This document shows positions 60,817-64,000 of a stretch of DNA of 64,000 bases, piece by piece. Made by a program: the position numbers and the translations under genes. The notes under the pieces are model-generated. The model searched no databases, was not told the origin of the DNA, and saw only the letters and a list, made by a program, of their open reading frames with translations. Source of the DNA: Pelagibacteraceae bacterium (GTDB lineage Bacteria > Pseudomonadota > Alphaproteobacteria > Pelagibacterales > Pelagibacteraceae); contig VTPO01000002.1 of NCBI GenBank assembly GCA_008638205.1, positions 19,802 to 83,801 on the forward strand, in the 5' to 3' direction. Each line of letters begins with the position of its first letter. The stretch's first letter is position 1.

Positions 60817-62757
60817 ATGTCAAAAATTATAGGAATCGATTTAGGAACAACAAATTCATGTGTTGCCGTTATGGACGGAGCAACACCAAAAGTGTTAGAA
60901 AATTTAGAAGGCGCAAGAACAACACCATCAGTGGTAGCCTTTACTGATAGCGAAGAAAAATTAGTTGGCACATCTGCTAAACGACAGGGTGTTACTAACG
61001 CTGAAAATACTTTTTTTGCAGTTAAAAGATTAATTGGAAGAAAATTTGATGGAGATGCTGTCAAAAAAGATATTCAAGGACTTCCTTATAAAATTATTAA
61101 AGCAGATAATGGAGACGCTTGGGTAGAATCTAGAGGGAAAAAATATTCTCCAAGTCAAATTTCAGCTTTTGTTTTACAAAAAATGAAAGAGACTGCTGAA
61201 AAGTATTTAGGATCAGAAGTTAAAGAAGCTGTAATTACAGTTCCTGCTTACTTTAATGACTCGCAAAGACAGGCAACTAAAGATGCAGGTAAAATTGCAG
61301 GACTAGAAGTAAAAAGAATTATTAACGAGCCGACTGCAGCTGCACTGGCTTATGGTTTAGATAAAAAAAATGCGAAGACGGTTGCTGTATATGATTTAGG
61401 TGGTGGAACATTTGATGTGTCAATCCTAGAATTAGGAGATGGTGTGTTTGAAGTTAAATCAACTAATGGAGATACGACTCTTGGTGGTGAAGACTTTGAT
61501 GCTCATATCGTAGACTACCTTGCAGATGAATTTAAAAAAGACAATGCCATTGATTTAAAACAAGATAAATTAGCATTGCAGAGGCTGAGAGAAGCTGCAG
61601 AAAAAGCTAAAATAGAATTATCTTCTGCAACACAAACAGAAATTAATTTACCTTTTATTACTGCAGACAAAAGTGGTCCCAAACATTTGAATCTTAAGTT
61701 AACGAGATCTAAGTTGGAATCTATTGTTTCAAAATTAATTGAAAAAACTATTGCTCCTTGCAAGACTGCATTGAAAGATGCTGGGTTAAGCGCAGGCGAA
61801 ATTGGAGAAATAATTCTTGTTGGTGGAATGACGAGAATGCCAAAAGTTGCTGAAACTGTTAAAAACTTTTTTGGAAAAGAGCCTAATAAAAGTGTGAACC
61901 CTGATGAGGTAGTAGCTATGGGTGCTGCTATTCAAGCCGGAGTTCTTCAGGGAGATGTTAAGGACGTTTTATTATTAGATGTAACTCCTCTATCATTGGG
62001 AATTGAAACTTTGGGTGGTGTATCTACAAAATTGATTGAAAAAAATACAACAATACCAACTAAAAAAAGTCAGGTATTCTCAACTGCAGAAAATAACCAA
62101 CCCGCCGTTTCTATTAGAGTCGTTCAAGGTGAAAGGGAGATGGCTGCGGATAATAAATCACTTGGTAATTTTGAATTAACAGGAATAGCTCCAGCACCAA
62201 GAGGTGTGCCTCAAATTGAAGTTACTTTTGATATTGATGCTAATGGTATTGTGAATGTATCCGCAAAAGATAAAGGAACTGGAAAAGAACAAAAAATTCA
62301 AATCCAAGCTTCCGGTGGTCTAAGTGATGAAGAAATTGAAAAAATGGTTAAAGATGCCGAAGCAAATAAGGAAGAGGATAAAAAGAAACGAGAAGAAATT
62401 GATGCTAAAAATAGCGCTGATAGCCTGGTAGCTTCGACTGAACAAAGTCTAAAAGAGCATGGAGACAAAGTCTCTGCTGAAGATAAAAAGACAATAGAAA
62501 CAGATCTTCAATCTTTAAAGGATGCAATTAAGTCTGAGAATGTTGAAGATATAAAAACAAAAACACAGACTTTAATGCAATCTTCCATGAAAATGGGTGA
62601 AGCAATTTATAAAGCTCAGCAAGCAAAACCTGAAGGGGGAGCTGAAGGATCAAAAGCATCTGATGGTGAGAAAAAAGAAGATGTAGTTGATGCAGAATTT
62701 GAAGAAGTAAAAGATTCCAAGGAAGAAAAAGAAGAAGACAAAAAAGATAGTGCTTAA
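60817..62757 (+). CDS. dnaK: Chaperone DnaK
   Basis: [24 protein letters not shown] and VGGMTRMP. Confidence 0.99.
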   Translation: MSKIIGIDLGTTNSCVAVMDGATPKVLENLEGARTTPSVVAFTDSEEKLVGTSAKRQGVTNAENTFFAVKRLIGRKFDGDAVKKDIQGLPYKIIKADNGDAWVESRGKKYSPSQISAFVLQKMKETAEKYLGSEVKEAVITVPAYFNDSQRQATKDAGKIAGLEVKRIINEPTAAALAYGLDKKNAKTVAVYDLGGGTFDVSILELGDGVFEVKSTNGDTTLGGEDFDAHIVDYLADEFKKDNAIDLKQDKLALQRLREAAEKAKIELSSATQTEINLPFITADKSGPKHLNLKLTRSKLESIVSKLIEKTIAPCKTALKDAGLSAGEIGEIILVGGMTRMPKVAETVKNFFGKEPNKSVNPDEVVAMGAAIQAGVLQGDVKDVLLLDVTPLSLGIETLGGVSTKLIEKNTTIPTKKSQVFSTAENNQPAVSIRVVQGEREMAADNKSLGNFELTGIAPAPRGVPQIEVTFDIDANGIVNVSAKDKGTGKEQKIQIQASGGLSDEEIEKMVKDAEANKEEDKKKREEIDAKNSADSLVASTEQSLKEHGDKVSAEDKKTIETDLQSLKDAIKSENVEDIKTKTQTLMQSSMKMGEAIYKAQQAKPEGGAEGSKASDGEKKEDVVDAEFEEVKDSKEEKEEDKKDSA

Positions 62758-62783
62758 TTTTTAATTAAGTATTAAATAGAAGC

Positions 62784-63923
62784 ATGGCCAAAGCTGACTA
62801 TTACGATACATTAGGGGTATCTAAAAATGCTTCTAAAGAAGAAATAAAGTCTGCTTATCGAAAGCAAGCAATGAAGTTCCACCCGGATAAAAATCCAGGT
62901 AACGCATCCGCTGAAGCAAAATTTAAAGAAGCATCTGAAGCTTATCAAGTACTTTCGGATTCTCAAAAAAAATCAAACTATGATCAGTTTGGTCATGCTG
63001 CTTTTGAAAATAGTGGTGGAGGTGGTGGTGCAGGCTTTGGAGATTTTGGTGGCTTTGACTCAGGTTCCTTTTCGAATATTTTTGATGATTTTTTTGGTGA
63101 TTTTACTGGTGGTGGTAGAAGAAGAGGCTCAAGATCTAAAAGAGGATCAGATTTAAAAATTAATATTGAAGTCACTTTAGAAGAGGCTTACCAAGGAAAA
63201 AAACAAACTTTCGAAGTTCCAACGTCTGAAAAATGTTCAGATTGTTCTGGAAGTGGTGCTGCGTCAGGATCAAAACCCATTACATGTTCTACTTGCGATG
63301 GTCATGGTCAAGTGCGAGCTCAACAAGGATTTTTTACATTACAACAAACTTGTCCCGACTGTTCAGGAGAAGGAAAAACTATCTCCAATCCTTGTAAGGG
63401 ATGTCGGGGGAGTGGGGCTAAAAAAATTAATAAAACACTTTCTATTCAAATTCCTAAAGGAGTAGATGATGGGACACAAATGCGACTTGCCGGAAAAGGA
63501 GAAGCCGGTCCACGAGGTGGAACTCAGGGAGATTTGTATGTCTATATATCATTAAAAAATCATCCTATTTTTAAAAGGTCTGAAGAAAATTTATATTTTG
63601 AACTTCCTATTTCTGTAGCAGACGCATCGCTTGGAACTACAATTGAAGTTCCTACTATTGATGGTTCTCGATCTAAAGTTAAAGTTCCCCCAGGCACACA
63701 ATCTGGAAAACAATTAAGACTTAAAGATAAAGGAATGCCACAACTAAGAGGCAGTGGTTTTGGCGATCTATATTTACAAATTAAGGTTGAGGTACCAGTA
63801 AATCTTAACAAAGAACAAAAAATATTACTTGAAAAGTTTAAAGAACTAGAAGATTCTAAAAACAACCCTGAAAATGAATCTTTCTTTAAAAAAGCGAAAA
63901 GTTTTTGGAACAATTTAAATTAA
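62784..63923 (+). CDS. dnaJ: Chaperone DnaJ
   Basis: HPD J-domain, G/F-rich region and four CxxCxGxG repeats. Confidence 0.99.
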   Translation: MAKADYYDTLGVSKNASKEEIKSAYRKQAMKFHPDKNPGNASAEAKFKEASEAYQVLSDSQKKSNYDQFGHAAFENSGGGGGAGFGDFGGFDSGSFSNIFDDFFGDFTGGGRRRGSRSKRGSDLKINIEVTLEEAYQGKKQTFEVPTSEKCSDCSGSGAASGSKPITCSTCDGHGQVRAQQGFFTLQQTCPDCSGEGKTISNPCKGCRGSGAKKINKTLSIQIPKGVDDGTQMRLAGKGEAGPRGGTQGDLYVYISLKNHPIFKRSEENLYFELPISVADASLGTTIEVPTIDGSRSKVKVPPGTQSGKQLRLKDKGMPQLRGSGFGDLYLQIKVEVPVNLNKEQKILLEKFKELEDSKNNPENESFFKKAKSFWNNLN

Positions 63924-64000
63924 TGAAAAAAATTAATATTACTATTAGTGGTGGATTGGGGCGCATGGGTTCTTTGCTTATTCAAAAAGTCAAAGAAGAT
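63923..64000 (+). CDS. dapB: 4-hydroxy-tetrahydrodipicolinate reductase, N-terminal fragment (runs off the window)
   Basis: [16 protein letters not shown] matches the DapB Rossmann start; TAATG overlap with dnaJ. Confidence 0.75.
   Translation, partial: MKKINITISGGLGRMGSLLIQKVKED

Overview
A very AT-rich, densely packed core-genome window from a streamlined alphaproteobacterium. The gene order, tiny intergenic gaps and frequent overlaps suggest Pelagibacterales/SAR11; this is an inference, not a database result. It holds about 64 housekeeping CDSs: murU-amgK-tsaE-ahcY-chvG-chvI-polA, regA/regB split by a polyamine operon (PLP decarboxylase, deoxyhypusine-synthase homologue, ureohydrolase), gyrB-recF-dnaN-dnaA-rpsT-mutM, ubiE-ubiB-coaBC-dut, fabA-fabB-fabI, the pnp...infB-nusA-trmB-metK...miaB-fur super-operon, trpS-murJ, maeB, rph and grpE-dnaK-dnaJ-dapB. 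I found no rRNA, tRNA, CRISPR, IS or phage genes. Most notable: (1) the decarboxylase/DHS-like/ureohydrolase operon, a candidate homospermidine pathway sitting antisense between regB and regA with a small uORF in its leader; (2) a weak 4-bp-stem, U9 terminator 13 nt upstream of nusA, a candidate NusA autoregulatory attenuator; (3) trmB broken by a one-base frameshift in an A11 run; (4) a GH73 glucosaminidase / CE4 deacetylase pair inserted in a conserved operon, with head-to-head and tail-to-tail overlaps; (5) a GyrB lacking the large proteobacterial insertion. No unmistakably new multi-gene system is visible, and the findings are hypotheses to test.
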